A program made the position numbers and the translations under genes. Shown here piece after piece: positions 1 through 8,956 of a stretch of DNA of 64,000 nt. Below the pieces are notes generated by a model, which made no database searches, was not told the DNA's origin, and saw nothing but the letters and a program-made list of their open reading frames with translations. The DNA is from Clostridia bacterium. GTDB taxonomy: Bacteria > Bacillota > Clostridia > UBA1212 > UBA1255. The stretch lies in the NCBI GenBank assembly GCA_017560765.1, contig JAFZEI010000053.1, positions 48 to 64,047 of the forward strand. Direction: 5' to 3'. Positions within the stretch are counted from its first letter, which is position 1; each line of letters opens with the position of its first letter.

Positions 1-142
1 CCGAAAGTGTTGCTCCGTCAATTGTAAGACTGTTATCCTCACCGGTTGCAACCGCTGTTGATAATTGAATTGGTACTTGTAATATAGTAATAAACATTAC
101 AATTGCAAGAAAAAGTGAAATATACTTTTTGCCTTTTCTCAT
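1..142 (-). CDS. 5' end of a gene for a secreted or membrane-anchored protein; the gene continues past the window start
   Basis: ATG at 142-140 on the minus strand, with AAGGAG (rev-comp of 149-154) 6 nt upstream. Translation is MRKGKKYISLFLAIVMFITILQVPIQLSTAVATGEDNSLTIDGATLS..., a basic n-region followed by a hydrophobic h-region. The frame is open to position 1. It is too short to appear in the ORF track. Confidence 0.45.
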   Translation of the reverse strand, partial: MRKGKKYISLFLAIVMFITILQVPIQLSTAVATGEDNSLTIDGATLS

Positions 143-238
143 AAAAATCTCCTTTGCGATAAATCATCATTTTTTAATTATGTTATCTCATTTTATTCTA
201 TCGTTTGATATACAAATTGTCAATTGATTATTTGTAAT

Positions 239-279
239 AAAAAATGAGTTGAAGTCTTAATTACTTCAACCCATTTTTG
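239..279 (-). terminator. Intrinsic terminator downstream of paralog A
   Basis: 8-bp stem gttgaagt (248-255) / acttcaac (263-270) with a 7-nt loop. An A-run at 239-244 gives a T-tract on the minus strand. Confidence 0.5.
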
Positions 280-308
280 TAATATTATTTACAATCCAAA
301 TGTTCAAA

Positions 309-3300
309 TCAGCTTATTTTAAATGTTCCTTCCCAAACATTCATTCCTTCTAAGTAATAGTTGTGAGCGAAATAGTATTTACCATTCACCCAGAACATAC
401 TCTCTGCTTCGCGAGTAACGTCACTTTGAATTGTCATTACATAATTGCCGTACCAGTCATAAACAACTATTACATTCTTTTTATCCTGATAACTCATCGG
501 GAAATATAAATAATTGTCATCACTGCCCATACCTTGTGCTGTATATCCCGTTTTATCGGTTCTTGTATATGTCTTGATAATTTCAAAGTTAGAATTTAAT
601 ATTTCTAACGTCTTACCGCCTCTGCTGATAGCGTAACAATCATATTTTTCGTTATACGTAATTGCGCCAGCGTATGTATCAATAGTAACGGAGCCTGTAA
701 TCGTCAACGTGTTAGGGTCGATGAAAATAAGCTCATTGCCAAGCGATCCGCCACGTGCACAAACGATGCGATTATGTTTTGAATCGTATGTCAAGTCATT
801 ACCATGACCCAAGAATAATACCTTGCTCGTAGCAACGTATGAACCGTCTGAAAGTTTATGCTTTCTGATTATTACACCTGTTTCGTCGCTGTTTCTGATA
901 GCACCGTAAATGTATACACCATCAGAGCAGCATCCTTGAGAAAGATTGTACTCACTTGTTTTGGCAAGAATAGCAATCTTCTTTGATTTCAATGACAATG
1001 TATATCCTTTTGTACTGGCAAGTATAGAAAAGTCTGCCATACCATTTACAAGCAAACCATTAGATGCCTTATCCAAAGCTTGATATTTATTAACTGTCAT
1101 ATAATCGTATATCTTGTTAAAATCAATTGAAATCTTGATATCATCAAAAGCTACTTTTGTGCCGTTAACTTGCAATCCAATCTTTCCTTTTGAAAGTGCA
1201 TTAATTTCATGAGTACGCAAAAGTTTTTTGTTGTTAATATATCCGCCTGCCGTATTACCATACGCTTCTAATTTAAACAAGTAACTCTTTGAAGCATTTA
1301 ACGCTTCGGAATATGATGTCTGCGCCTGGTATGACCATGCTGATGAAGACTCTCTCAATTGGTGAATAATACCATTTGATGCTGTAGTACCAACTTTAGC
1401 TATAAAATGATAATACAAATTTGCATTTTGTAATCTGTACATGAATGAGAACCATTTACTGGAGGACTCTCCCGATAATAAAGTTGCATTAGAAGTAATA
1501 GTATAATTGTAGAAATCAGCAAGATATGAAGGCAAGTAAACTTTACCTACACCATTCATAATAAACTTACCACCGGAAAATGTTGCTGAACCGCTACTCA
1601 TATTAACACTTAATCCATCAAAGCTGCCGGAATTAAAATCATTATAATAGAGTGTGTAATCAGAATCAGAAGGATTCTTCGCAACAATATAAACATTAAT
1701 CGTTTTTGAACCTGTTTTAGCATTAAGTTTATATACACCACTCGTTTTGATTTCAATCTTATTATCTACAATAGCAATTTCATCAGAACTCCAAATAATA
1801 TTTTTAGAACTAACGATTTTATCGTTTTTAGAGAATTGAACATTGTAGTAATCTAAGTCAACTATGTCACCAACCTCTGCAGGGAAAGCAGGTGTATCAT
1901 TCCATATAACACTTTCGATATTATTATCAATTTTAAGCATAGCAATATCAAACTTTTGACCTGCAGTGTTTCCGTATGAACACAAACGGACATTAGTACC
2001 TTCGGCTGTTTTACTGTCTGTAATATCTAAAGAAGCTGCAGAAGAACATTTAGGTACAAAAATATATGAACCACTAACCTCAAAAATATACCATTTTTGA
2101 GCATTTGATGTATCTTTTGCAGAAACACTGATATTCGTTCCTGTTACTCCGAAACCTCCGTCAACATTAAGTGATTTGCCTGTAGATACATTAATGATTC
2201 TGTATGTACCATCTGCATTCTTTTCAAATTTCCATATTTGATTCGTATTTGCAGCCATTTTATTAGATACAACATTTGTACCCGATACAGCCAATGCTGT
2301 ACCTAATCCACTGTTATTGATTCTTGCATAAAAATCATTGCCCAAATCAACAGGTGTCATTGTTTCTATTTCATTTATATTGTTAAATGCAAACACTTGA
2401 TTATTACCGCCGTTATATGTGTAAATTTCAGCATTTGAACCTGGTACAACATTAAGTCCCTGCATTTCAAGTACGCATGAAGGAGCACTCAAAGGACGAA
2501 GCACATATCTGTCTGTGCTGTATTTATGAATATACCAGCGTTGTTCCTTGCCTGTGTTTACTTCCTTCAAACAAACATTTGTGCCTGAAAGATATGTATA
2601 ACTTTCCAGTGAAAGCGCAAGTCCCGCAGTTTTATTAACGATAGTATAGGAGCCATCACTATTACGTGTGAATTGCCATACTTGTGTAGAGTCAAATGTT
2701 GTTGCAGTATCAAGAATAACATTTGTTTCTGCATAATCTAAAGCCATACCATTTGCACAAATAATTCTTGTTTCGAATGTATCGCCAAAATTCATGTATG
2801 GAGCAGTTTGTGTTCTGAAAGACTCTTTCCATCCACTGTTAACAAAATGCTTCATGCCTTGAACGTAATTGGTAGCACCATAACCATTGGCCAAGTCGCT
2901 GTTATTTTGCATATAATACTTGATGCTGAAAATCGGGCTTGCCTGACGTCCTTCTTTAATGCCGTGATTATAAAAATGCTTATATAAACCGGCTGCAGTT
3001 GAACCAAAACCCGGAATTACGTCTGAACTGTATTCTGCATAATAATTTGAATCAAAAATAACGGGTGTTACAGTATCAAATGAAGTATTATTGCTAATTT
3101 TAAACAACTGATTGTTACCACCGTTATATGTGTAAATTTCAGCATTAACACCCGGCTTACTTGTTAAACCTTGCATTTCAAGAACACAAGAAGGCGCACT
3201 CAAAGGACGAAGTACGTATGTATCAGGACTAAACTTATGAATATACCAACGTTGTTCTCTTCCCGTGTTTATTTCTTTTAAGCAAACATTTGTGCCGGAA

Positions 3301-3881
3301 AGGTATGTGTAACTTTCAAGAGAGAGTGCAAGTCCCGTAGTTTTGCTGACAATAGTATATGAACCATCGCTGTTACGAGTAAATTTCCAAATCTGTGTTG
3401 CATCAAAAGCAGCTGCAGTATTAAGAATGGCATTTGTACCTGAATAATCCAATACCAAACCGTCCTGTCCGATAACTTTTGTCTCAAAACTTTCACCTAA
3501 ATTCTCGTAAGGAGCCGTTTGTGTTCTGAAAGACTCTTTCCATCCACTGTTAACAAAGTGTTTCATTCCTTGAACATAATTGGTTTTACCATAACCATTG
3601 GCTAAGTCACTGTTATTCTGCAAGTAATATTTTACATTGAAGATAGGACTGCCCTGTCTGCCTTCACCAATACCGTGATTATAAAAATGCTTGTATAATC
3701 CGGCCTCGGTAGAACCAAATCCCGGAATAACATCCGAACTGTATCTGGCGTAATAATTGCGATCAAAAACAACAGATTTTCTGGCGGCAGGAATATAGTC
3801 TGCTGCATTAACAGGAAATGCTGTCGTAATCATCGTAAACACCAACACAAGTAGAAGTAACCTTTTAAAATTTCCTTTCAT
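309..3881 (-). CDS. Giant secreted modular lectin protein, paralog A. Order: signal peptide; 2x [YY..HF..EGR double-repeat domain + ricin-type beta-trefoil]; [ricin / Ig-like / ConA-like DUF1080-like] triad; beta-rich C-terminal domain of unknown function
   Basis: Track ORF 309-3989. The start was moved to Met37 (CAT 3879-3881) because GAAAGGA lies about 8 nt upstream and MKGNFKRLLLLVLVFTMITTAFPVNAA is a signal peptide nearly identical to that of paralog C. QxW-type motifs are present (QIWKF, QRWYI, NQLFKI). The ConA-like part ends in GKIGLQVNGTKVAFDDIKISI. Confidence 0.85.
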   Translation of the reverse strand: MKGNFKRLLLLVLVFTMITTAFPVNAADYIPAARKSVVFDRNYYARYSSDVIPGFGSTEAGLYKHFYNHGIGEGRQGSPIFNVKYYLQNNSDLANGYGKTNYVQGMKHFVNSGWKESFRTQTAPYENLGESFETKVIGQDGLVLDYSGTNAILNTAAAFDATQIWKFTRNSDGSYTIVSKTTGLALSLESYTYLSGTNVCLKEINTGREQRWYIHKFSPDTYVLRPLSAPSCVLEMQGLTSKPGVNAEIYTYNGGNNQLFKISNNTSFDTVTPVIFDSNYYAEYSSDVIPGFGSTAAGLYKHFYNHGIKEGRQASPIFSIKYYMQNNSDLANGYGATNYVQGMKHFVNSGWKESFRTQTAPYMNFGDTFETRIICANGMALDYAETNVILDTATTFDSTQVWQFTRNSDGSYTIVNKTAGLALSLESYTYLSGTNVCLKEVNTGKEQRWYIHKYSTDRYVLRPLSAPSCVLEMQGLNVVPGSNAEIYTYNGGNNQVFAFNNINEIETMTPVDLGNDFYARINNSGLGTALAVSGTNVVSNKMAANTNQIWKFEKNADGTYRIINVSTGKSLNVDGGFGVTGTNISVSAKDTSNAQKWYIFEVSGSYIFVPKCSSAASLDITDSKTAEGTNVRLCSYGNTAGQKFDIAMLKIDNNIESVIWNDTPAFPAEVGDIVDLDYYNVQFSKNDKIVSSKNIIWSSDEIAIVDNKIEIKTSGVYKLNAKTGSKTINVYIVAKNPSDSDYTLYYNDFNSGSFDGLSVNMSSGSATFSGGKFIMNGVGKVYLPSYLADFYNYTITSNATLLSGESSSKWFSFMYRLQNANLYYHFIAKVGTTASNGIIHQLRESSSAWSYQAQTSYSEALNASKSYLFKLEAYGNTAGGYINNKKLLRTHEINALSKGKIGLQVNGTKVAFDDIKISIDFNKIYDYMTVNKYQALDKASNGLLVNGMADFSILASTKGYTLSLKSKKIAILAKTSEYNLSQGCCSDGVYIYGAIRNSDETGVIIRKHKLSDGSYVATSKVLFLGHGNDLTYDSKHNRIVCARGGSLGNELIFIDPNTLTITGSVTIDTYAGAITYNEKYDCYAISRGGKTLEILNSNFEIIKTYTRTDKTGYTAQGMGSDDNYLYFPMSYQDKKNVIVVYDWYGNYVMTIQSDVTREAESMFWVNGKYYFAHNYYLEGMNVWEGTFKIS

Positions 3882-3915
3882 AGTTGAATCCTTTCTATGT
3901 TTTATTGTTAAAAAT

Positions 3916-3943
3916 ATTTTAACACTTTTTAACACTATGTCAA
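3916..3943 (-). promoter_or_regulatory. Sigma-A-type promoter of paralog A (TTGACA-N16-TGtTAAAAT)
   Basis: On the minus strand the -35 is TTGACA (3943-3938). A 16-nt spacer follows, then an extended -10 TGT+TAAAAT (3924-3916). The architecture matches the one upstream of paralog C. Confidence 0.5.
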
Positions 3944-3976
3944 TTAAATAAATTAGACATAACCATTGTTTTTTGA

Positions 3977-4005
3977 TTGATTTAAACATCAGAAAATGAT
4001 ATAAT
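3977..4005 (+). promoter_or_regulatory. Sigma-A-type promoter for the DUF1846-GT2 operon
   Basis: TTGATT (3977-3982), 17-nt spacer, extended -10 TGaTATAAT (3997-4005). It lies 77 nt upstream of the ATG at 4082. Confidence 0.45.
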
Positions 4006-4081
4006 AACGAATGTTGTTTTTTTTATACACAGGAACAAATTCAGCACAATAATTATTTTTCTTAATGAGGGGTATGTTTTC

Positions 4082-5569
4082 ATGCAATCTGCTTTTAACA
4101 ACAAGATTTATTTTGAGAAACAAACAAAACATATAAAAGAACGTATAAGCCAATTTGGCAACAAGCTTTATCTTGAATTCGGAGGTAAGCTCTTTGATGA
4201 CTATCATGCAGCAAGAGTATTGCCCGGGTTTGAACCTGATAACAAAATCAAGTTATTACTTGAATTTAAAGAAATTTGTGAAATTATAATTTGTATTAAT
4301 GCTTCAGATATTGAGAAAAATAAAATTCGCGCAGACCTGGGCATTACATACGATCGTGAAATGCTTAGACTTATAGATTCTGTACGTTCTTTGGGTATTT
4401 TAATAAACAGCGTTGTTATTACCCAATATACAGGACAAGCGGCTGCCGACGTATTCCGTAGCAAGTTAGAAAAGCGTGGAATAAATACTTATTTGCACTA
4501 CCCTATCCCCGGTTATCCTGCAAATGTTGATTTAATCGTTAGTGATGACGGTTACGGTAAAAACGACTATGTAGAAACGACGAGACCACTTGTTGTTGTT
4601 ACTGCGCCCGGTCCTTGCAGCGGAAAAATGGCTACATGTCTTTCGCAAATGTATCATGAACATAAGCGCGGCATAACAGCAGGTTATGCTAAATTTGAAA
4701 CTTTCCCTGTGTGGAATCTTCCTTTAAAGCATCCTGTTAATCTTGCGTATGAGGCGGCTACTGCTGATTTAAAGGATGTAAATATGATTGATCCTTATCA
4801 CCTTGAGATGTATAACATCAGCACAGTAAATTACAACAGAGACATAGAAGTATTCCCTGTTGTTAAGACTATTTTAAATAAAATTCTCGGCAAGGATGTT
4901 TACCATTCTCCCACCGATATGGGTGTAAATATGCTTGCTTATGCTATTGACGATGACGAGGCTGTGCGCAAAGCTGCAAACGACGAAATCATTCGTCGTT
5001 ACTACAAGATTCATTGTGATTATATTCAAGGTCTTTTTGATTCTGCTACTGTTGATAAAATAGAATTAATAATGAATCAGGCAGGTTTAAAACCAACAGA
5101 CAGACCTGTTGTTGATGCTGCTGCAAAAAAGGCAAAAGAGAAAAATGCACCTGCTATGGCTATTGAGCTGCCAAATGGTGAAATTGTAACAGGAAAGACA
5201 ACTAATCTCATGACTGCCCCGGCAAGCTGTACTTTAAATGCTTTAAAAAAGCTATCAGGACTTGACGATGCTCTTCTTATGATTGCTCCGCTTGTTTTGG
5301 AGCCTACACTTAAGTTAAAAAAAGATATTTACGGCACAGACAAGCCTCTTTTAAGCCTTGAAGAAGTTTTGATTTCTCTTAGCATTTGCGCTGTTACAAA
5401 TACACTGGCTGATATTGCGTTAAAAAATCTCAGCGCTCTTTCAGGTTGCGAGGCTCATTCTACTGTAATTCTATCTCAAAGCGATGATATTGTATGCAAA
5501 AAATTAGGATATAATCTTACTTGTGAACCTGCTTTTGCAAGCAACGACTTGTACGACGGGAATATTTAA
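4082..5569 (+). CDS. UPF0371/DUF1846 family protein
   Basis: 495 aa. The N-terminus ...KLYLEFGGKLFDDYHAARVLPGFEPDNK is the hallmark of the UPF0371 family as I recall it. GAGGGG RBS at 4067-4072. Confidence 0.8.
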   Translation: MQSAFNNKIYFEKQTKHIKERISQFGNKLYLEFGGKLFDDYHAARVLPGFEPDNKIKLLLEFKEICEIIICINASDIEKNKIRADLGITYDREMLRLIDSVRSLGILINSVVITQYTGQAAADVFRSKLEKRGINTYLHYPIPGYPANVDLIVSDDGYGKNDYVETTRPLVVVTAPGPCSGKMATCLSQMYHEHKRGITAGYAKFETFPVWNLPLKHPVNLAYEAATADLKDVNMIDPYHLEMYNISTVNYNRDIEVFPVVKTILNKILGKDVYHSPTDMGVNMLAYAIDDDEAVRKAANDEIIRRYYKIHCDYIQGLFDSATVDKIELIMNQAGLKPTDRPVVDAAAKKAKEKNAPAMAIELPNGEIVTGKTTNLMTAPASCTLNALKKLSGLDDALLMIAPLVLEPTLKLKKDIYGTDKPLLSLEEVLISLSICAVTNTLADIALKNLSALSGCEAHSTVILSQSDDIVCKKLGYNLTCEPAFASNDLYDGNI

Positions 5570-5587
5570 TTCTAAAGGAGATTTTTT

Positions 5588-6553
5588 ATGACTACACCAG
5601 CCACTTTATATATTGTTGTTCCGTGTTATAACGAAAGTGAGGTTTTTCCCATAACCTCAGCAGAATTGACTGCGCTTTTAAAAGAAATGATTGCACAAGA
5701 TAAGATTTCTGAAAGCAGTCGTATATTGTTTGTGGATGACGGCAGTCGCGATAACACATGGGAGCTCATCTCTACGGAATACTCTTCTAACAAATATGTT
5801 TGTGGTTTAAAGCTTGCATGCAACGTTGGTCATCAAAATGCTCTTTTTGCCGGTTTAATGGCTGCAAAAGACAAATGCGATATTACTGTTTCAATTGATG
5901 CTGATCTTCAAGATGATACTAACGCCATTATTGAAATGGTCGATAAATTTTATCAAGGTAACGATATTGTATACGGTGTACGAAGCAGCCGAAAAAAAGA
6001 TTCATTCTTTAAACGCACCACTGCACAAAGCTTTTATAAATTTATGAATAAAATGGGTGCAAAAACAGTATACAATCATGCAGATTTCCGACTTATGAGC
6101 AGAAGAGCTGTTGAACAGCTCAGCAATTACAGCGAGAGAAATATGTTTTTAAGAGGTATAGTACCTCTGATCGGTTATAAATCTGATTGTGTTTATTACG
6201 ACAGGAAAGAACGTGTTGCCGGAGAATCAAAATATCCATTAAAAAAAATGATTAATTTTGCTTTTGACGGAATAACCTCTTTTAGTATTAAACCAATTAC
6301 TTTTATTTTTACTTTAGGTATTATTATAATTATCTGTTCCTTAATAGCCGCTGTTTATGCCTTTGTGGCATATTTTTGCGGAAATACAGTTCCCGGTTGG
6401 ACATCATTAATGCTTTCAATATGGTTTTTAGGCGGTGTACAACTCGTTTCTGTAGGCTTAATAGGACAGTATATAGGTAAAATTTACATCGAATCTAAGA
6501 AACGTCCAAGATATAATAACGAGATATTTTTAGGTGATGAAGATCGCAATTAA
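5588..6553 (+). CDS. GT2 polyprenol-phosphate glycosyltransferase (GtrB/CsbB-like), with two C-terminal TM helices
   Basis: YIVVPCYNE..., ...FVDDGSRD..., ...SIDADLQDD... (DxD) GT-A motifs, plus a C-terminal hydrophobic pair. AAAGGAG RBS at 5574-5580. The gene sits 18 nt after the DUF1846 stop. Confidence 0.85.
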   Translation: MTTPATLYIVVPCYNESEVFPITSAELTALLKEMIAQDKISESSRILFVDDGSRDNTWELISTEYSSNKYVCGLKLACNVGHQNALFAGLMAAKDKCDITVSIDADLQDDTNAIIEMVDKFYQGNDIVYGVRSSRKKDSFFKRTTAQSFYKFMNKMGAKTVYNHADFRLMSRRAVEQLSNYSERNMFLRGIVPLIGYKSDCVYYDRKERVAGESKYPLKKMINFAFDGITSFSIKPITFIFTLGIIIIICSLIAAVYAFVAYFCGNTVPGWTSLMLSIWFLGGVQLVSVGLIGQYIGKIYIESKKRPRYNNEIFLGDEDRN

Positions 6554-7569
6554 TGTAAGGATACGAAATAATTCTTAATCCCTTCTGCGATTTTATCCTG
6601 ATACTCAGCGGAGTTTAGCAATTTATCTTCTTTCTCATTAGATAAAAAGCCGCACTCTATAATTATACATGTATTTTCACACCAATTTATGCCTGTATAA
6701 TCATCTGTTTTGTGCACATATCTTTTTCTCGCACCTGTAGCGTTACAAATATATTCGAGAAGATCTGCGGCAATCGCATAATCCTTATCTGATTGTGCCA
6801 AATATTCTTGTGTACCTGTTCCTTTTCCACGAACAAAAAGATCAATACCTTCTGCTGTACTTGATGCTGCAGAATTACAATGAATTCGAAGTGTAATATC
6901 TGCTCCATATTCATTTGCCATTTTAGCTCTTTCAATATTTGATATGTCAACTTCATGGCTCTGTCTTGTCATTAAAACATCAGCGCCTAAATCAAAAAGT
7001 TTATTTCGTATTTTTTCGGCAATCTGCAAATTTATAATGTACTCATCTACCCCTGTAAAATTTCCGGTTGTTCCTGATGTACATTTTGTCTTTAAGGCAT
7101 CACTCCACGGAGCACATTGTTCTTTATTGTAATTTCCTTTAATTTGATGTCCCGGATCTATACAAATTTTCAATCCCGACAAAATATCTTGATCTACAGG
7201 TGTCTTTGTAGGTTTTAATGTAGGTGTAGCAGTAGGCATTGCTGTTTGTGTAACAGTAGGCATTACTGTATGTGTCGCAGTAGGTATTGATGTAGGTGTA
7301 GAAGTAGATGTAGATGTTACGGTAGGTTTTGTTGTTGGTGTAATAGTATTGGAATTTGTGGGAGATAAAGTAGACGTTGGTTTAACGGTTGGTGTCATTG
7401 TTGGCTGTATTGTCACCAAGGATGTTTCTTCAATCTTTGACGTTGTAATAATAACAAGCGCATTTGTAGATGTTTCATCTGCCGGCTTGTTATTAAAATT
7501 ATCACATGCCACAATAAATATAAAAATTGAGACAATTAAAAATAAGTATAAAATTTTTTTATTAAACAT
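6550..7569 (-). CDS. N-acetylmuramoyl-L-alanine amidase (Amidase_3, CwlD-like) lipoprotein with a long Thr/Pro-rich linker
   Basis: ICIDPGHQ..., ...TRQSHEVDISNIERAKMANEYGADITLRIHCNS... are Amidase_3 motifs. The start was set at Met6 (CAT 7567-7569), giving MFNKKILYLFLIVSIFIFIVAC with an IVAC lipobox. The alternative ATG at 7584 would overlap trmFO. Confidence 0.8.
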   Translation of the reverse strand: MFNKKILYLFLIVSIFIFIVACDNFNNKPADETSTNALVIITTSKIEETSLVTIQPTMTPTVKPTSTLSPTNSNTITPTTKPTVTSTSTSTPTSIPTATHTVMPTVTQTAMPTATPTLKPTKTPVDQDILSGLKICIDPGHQIKGNYNKEQCAPWSDALKTKCTSGTTGNFTGVDEYIINLQIAEKIRNKLFDLGADVLMTRQSHEVDISNIERAKMANEYGADITLRIHCNSAASSTAEGIDLFVRGKGTGTQEYLAQSDKDYAIAADLLEYICNATGARKRYVHKTDDYTGINWCENTCIIIECGFLSNEKEDKLLNSAEYQDKIAEGIKNYFVSLH

Positions 7570-7570
7570 A

Positions 7571-8923
7571 TTACACACCACCATTTACAATGTCTTTAAC
7601 TCTATTAAGAGCATTCTCTGCTGTATAAAGTTTTTTCAATTTTTTATCTTTCACTCTACCATATACAGACTCAACATCAAAATGCATAATGCCGAAATTA
7701 GCACCCATAGGTTGAAAATCATTCCCGGCATAACTTGATACATAATTAGCAAGTGCCCCAATTTGTGTATCATTTTTAAAGATTATTCTTTCTTTATTTA
7801 AGAGCTCTCTTGATGCATTTATACCCGCTATAAGACCTGATGAAGTAGATTCCATATATCCTTCTACCCCTGTTATTTGTCCGGCAAAATAAATCGGCAC
7901 ACCGATACTATTCTTTTCATCTTTAAGTCTATATGTTGAATCAAGCATATCTGGTGATTGTATATAAATATTTTTATGCATAACGCCATATCTTACATAT
8001 TCTGCATGTTCAAGTCCGGGAATCATGCCGAACACTCGTTTTTGCTCGCCAAACTTTAAACGTGTTTGAAAGCCAACCATATTAAATAAAGTACCCTCTA
8101 TATTATCTTGACGCAACTGAACAACTGCATAATATTCTTCATTAGTTATGGGATGCCTTAAACCTACAGGCTTTAAAGGACCAAAACGCAAAGTATCTAT
8201 TCCTCTTTTAGCCATAGATTCAACAGGCATACAACCCTCATATAAATCAAGCTTATCAAAATCTTTAACATCAGCACACTCAGCATTAATCAATTCTTCA
8301 TAAAAGGCAAAATATTCATCACGCTTCATAGGACAATTAATGTAGTCTGCTGTTCCCTTGCCGTACCTTGCGGCTCTGAAGACTTTTGATTCATCAATGC
8401 TATCTTCTAAAATCACAGGAGCTGCAGCATCAAAAAAGTGAAGCTTTTTAAAGCCAAACATTTCAATAATTTCATCTGATAAGGCTTTAGAAGTAAGTGG
8501 TCCTGTAGCAATAATAATGCATTCACAGTCATCGTTTTCTGATAATAGCTTTTTTAGAGAAACAACCTCATCTCTGATTACGGTAATGTAAGGAGACTCC
8601 TCTATTTTTTGCGTTACCTTATTTGAAAAAACTTCTCTGTCAACAGCAAGTGCTCCACCTGCAGGAACAGAACTTTCATCTGCACACGAAATAACCATTC
8701 CCCCAAGCAAACGCATCTCTTCTTTTAAAAGACCCGTTGCATTTTCTAAATTCGTTGCTTTTAAAGAATTACTGCAAACAAGCTCGGCAAGCTTATCAGA
8801 AGAATGTGCCTCTGAAAATTTAACAGGCTTCATCTCAAACAATTTTACATTTATCCCATATTTTGCTATCTGCCATGCTGCTTCACAACCGGCAAGGCCG
8901 CCGCCAATAACATATATTGCCAT
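7571..8923 (-). CDS. trmFO: Methylenetetrahydrofolate--tRNA-(uracil-5-)-methyltransferase
   Basis: 450 aa. N-terminal FAD fold VIGGGLAGCEAAWQ, and full-length resemblance to Gid/TrmFO. The classic Firmicute dprA-topA-trmFO neighbourhood is present. Confidence 0.92.
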   Translation of the reverse strand: MAIYVIGGGLAGCEAAWQIAKYGINVKLFEMKPVKFSEAHSSDKLAELVCSNSLKATNLENATGLLKEEMRLLGGMVISCADESSVPAGGALAVDREVFSNKVTQKIEESPYITVIRDEVVSLKKLLSENDDCECIIIATGPLTSKALSDEIIEMFGFKKLHFFDAAAPVILEDSIDESKVFRAARYGKGTADYINCPMKRDEYFAFYEELINAECADVKDFDKLDLYEGCMPVESMAKRGIDTLRFGPLKPVGLRHPITNEEYYAVVQLRQDNIEGTLFNMVGFQTRLKFGEQKRVFGMIPGLEHAEYVRYGVMHKNIYIQSPDMLDSTYRLKDEKNSIGVPIYFAGQITGVEGYMESTSSGLIAGINASRELLNKERIIFKNDTQIGALANYVSSYAGNDFQPMGANFGIMHFDVESVYGRVKDKKLKKLYTAENALNRVKDIVNGGV

Positions 8924-8956
8924 ATAAATCTACCTTACATCTTTTAATTATTATAA

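Noticed and set aside
3882-3989. N-terminal extension of paralog A in the track ORF (MFKSIKKQWLCLIYLIDIV...). Analogous extensions are 40561-40608 (B), 21105-21206 (glgD), 63170-63304 (HPr-like), 30090-30110 (ilvE), 14319-14330 (nrdR) and 53526-53531.
   Set aside because: Internal ATGs have proper Shine-Dalgarno spacing and give canonical N-termini (signal peptides or family-typical starts). The extensions overlap promoters or upstream genes.
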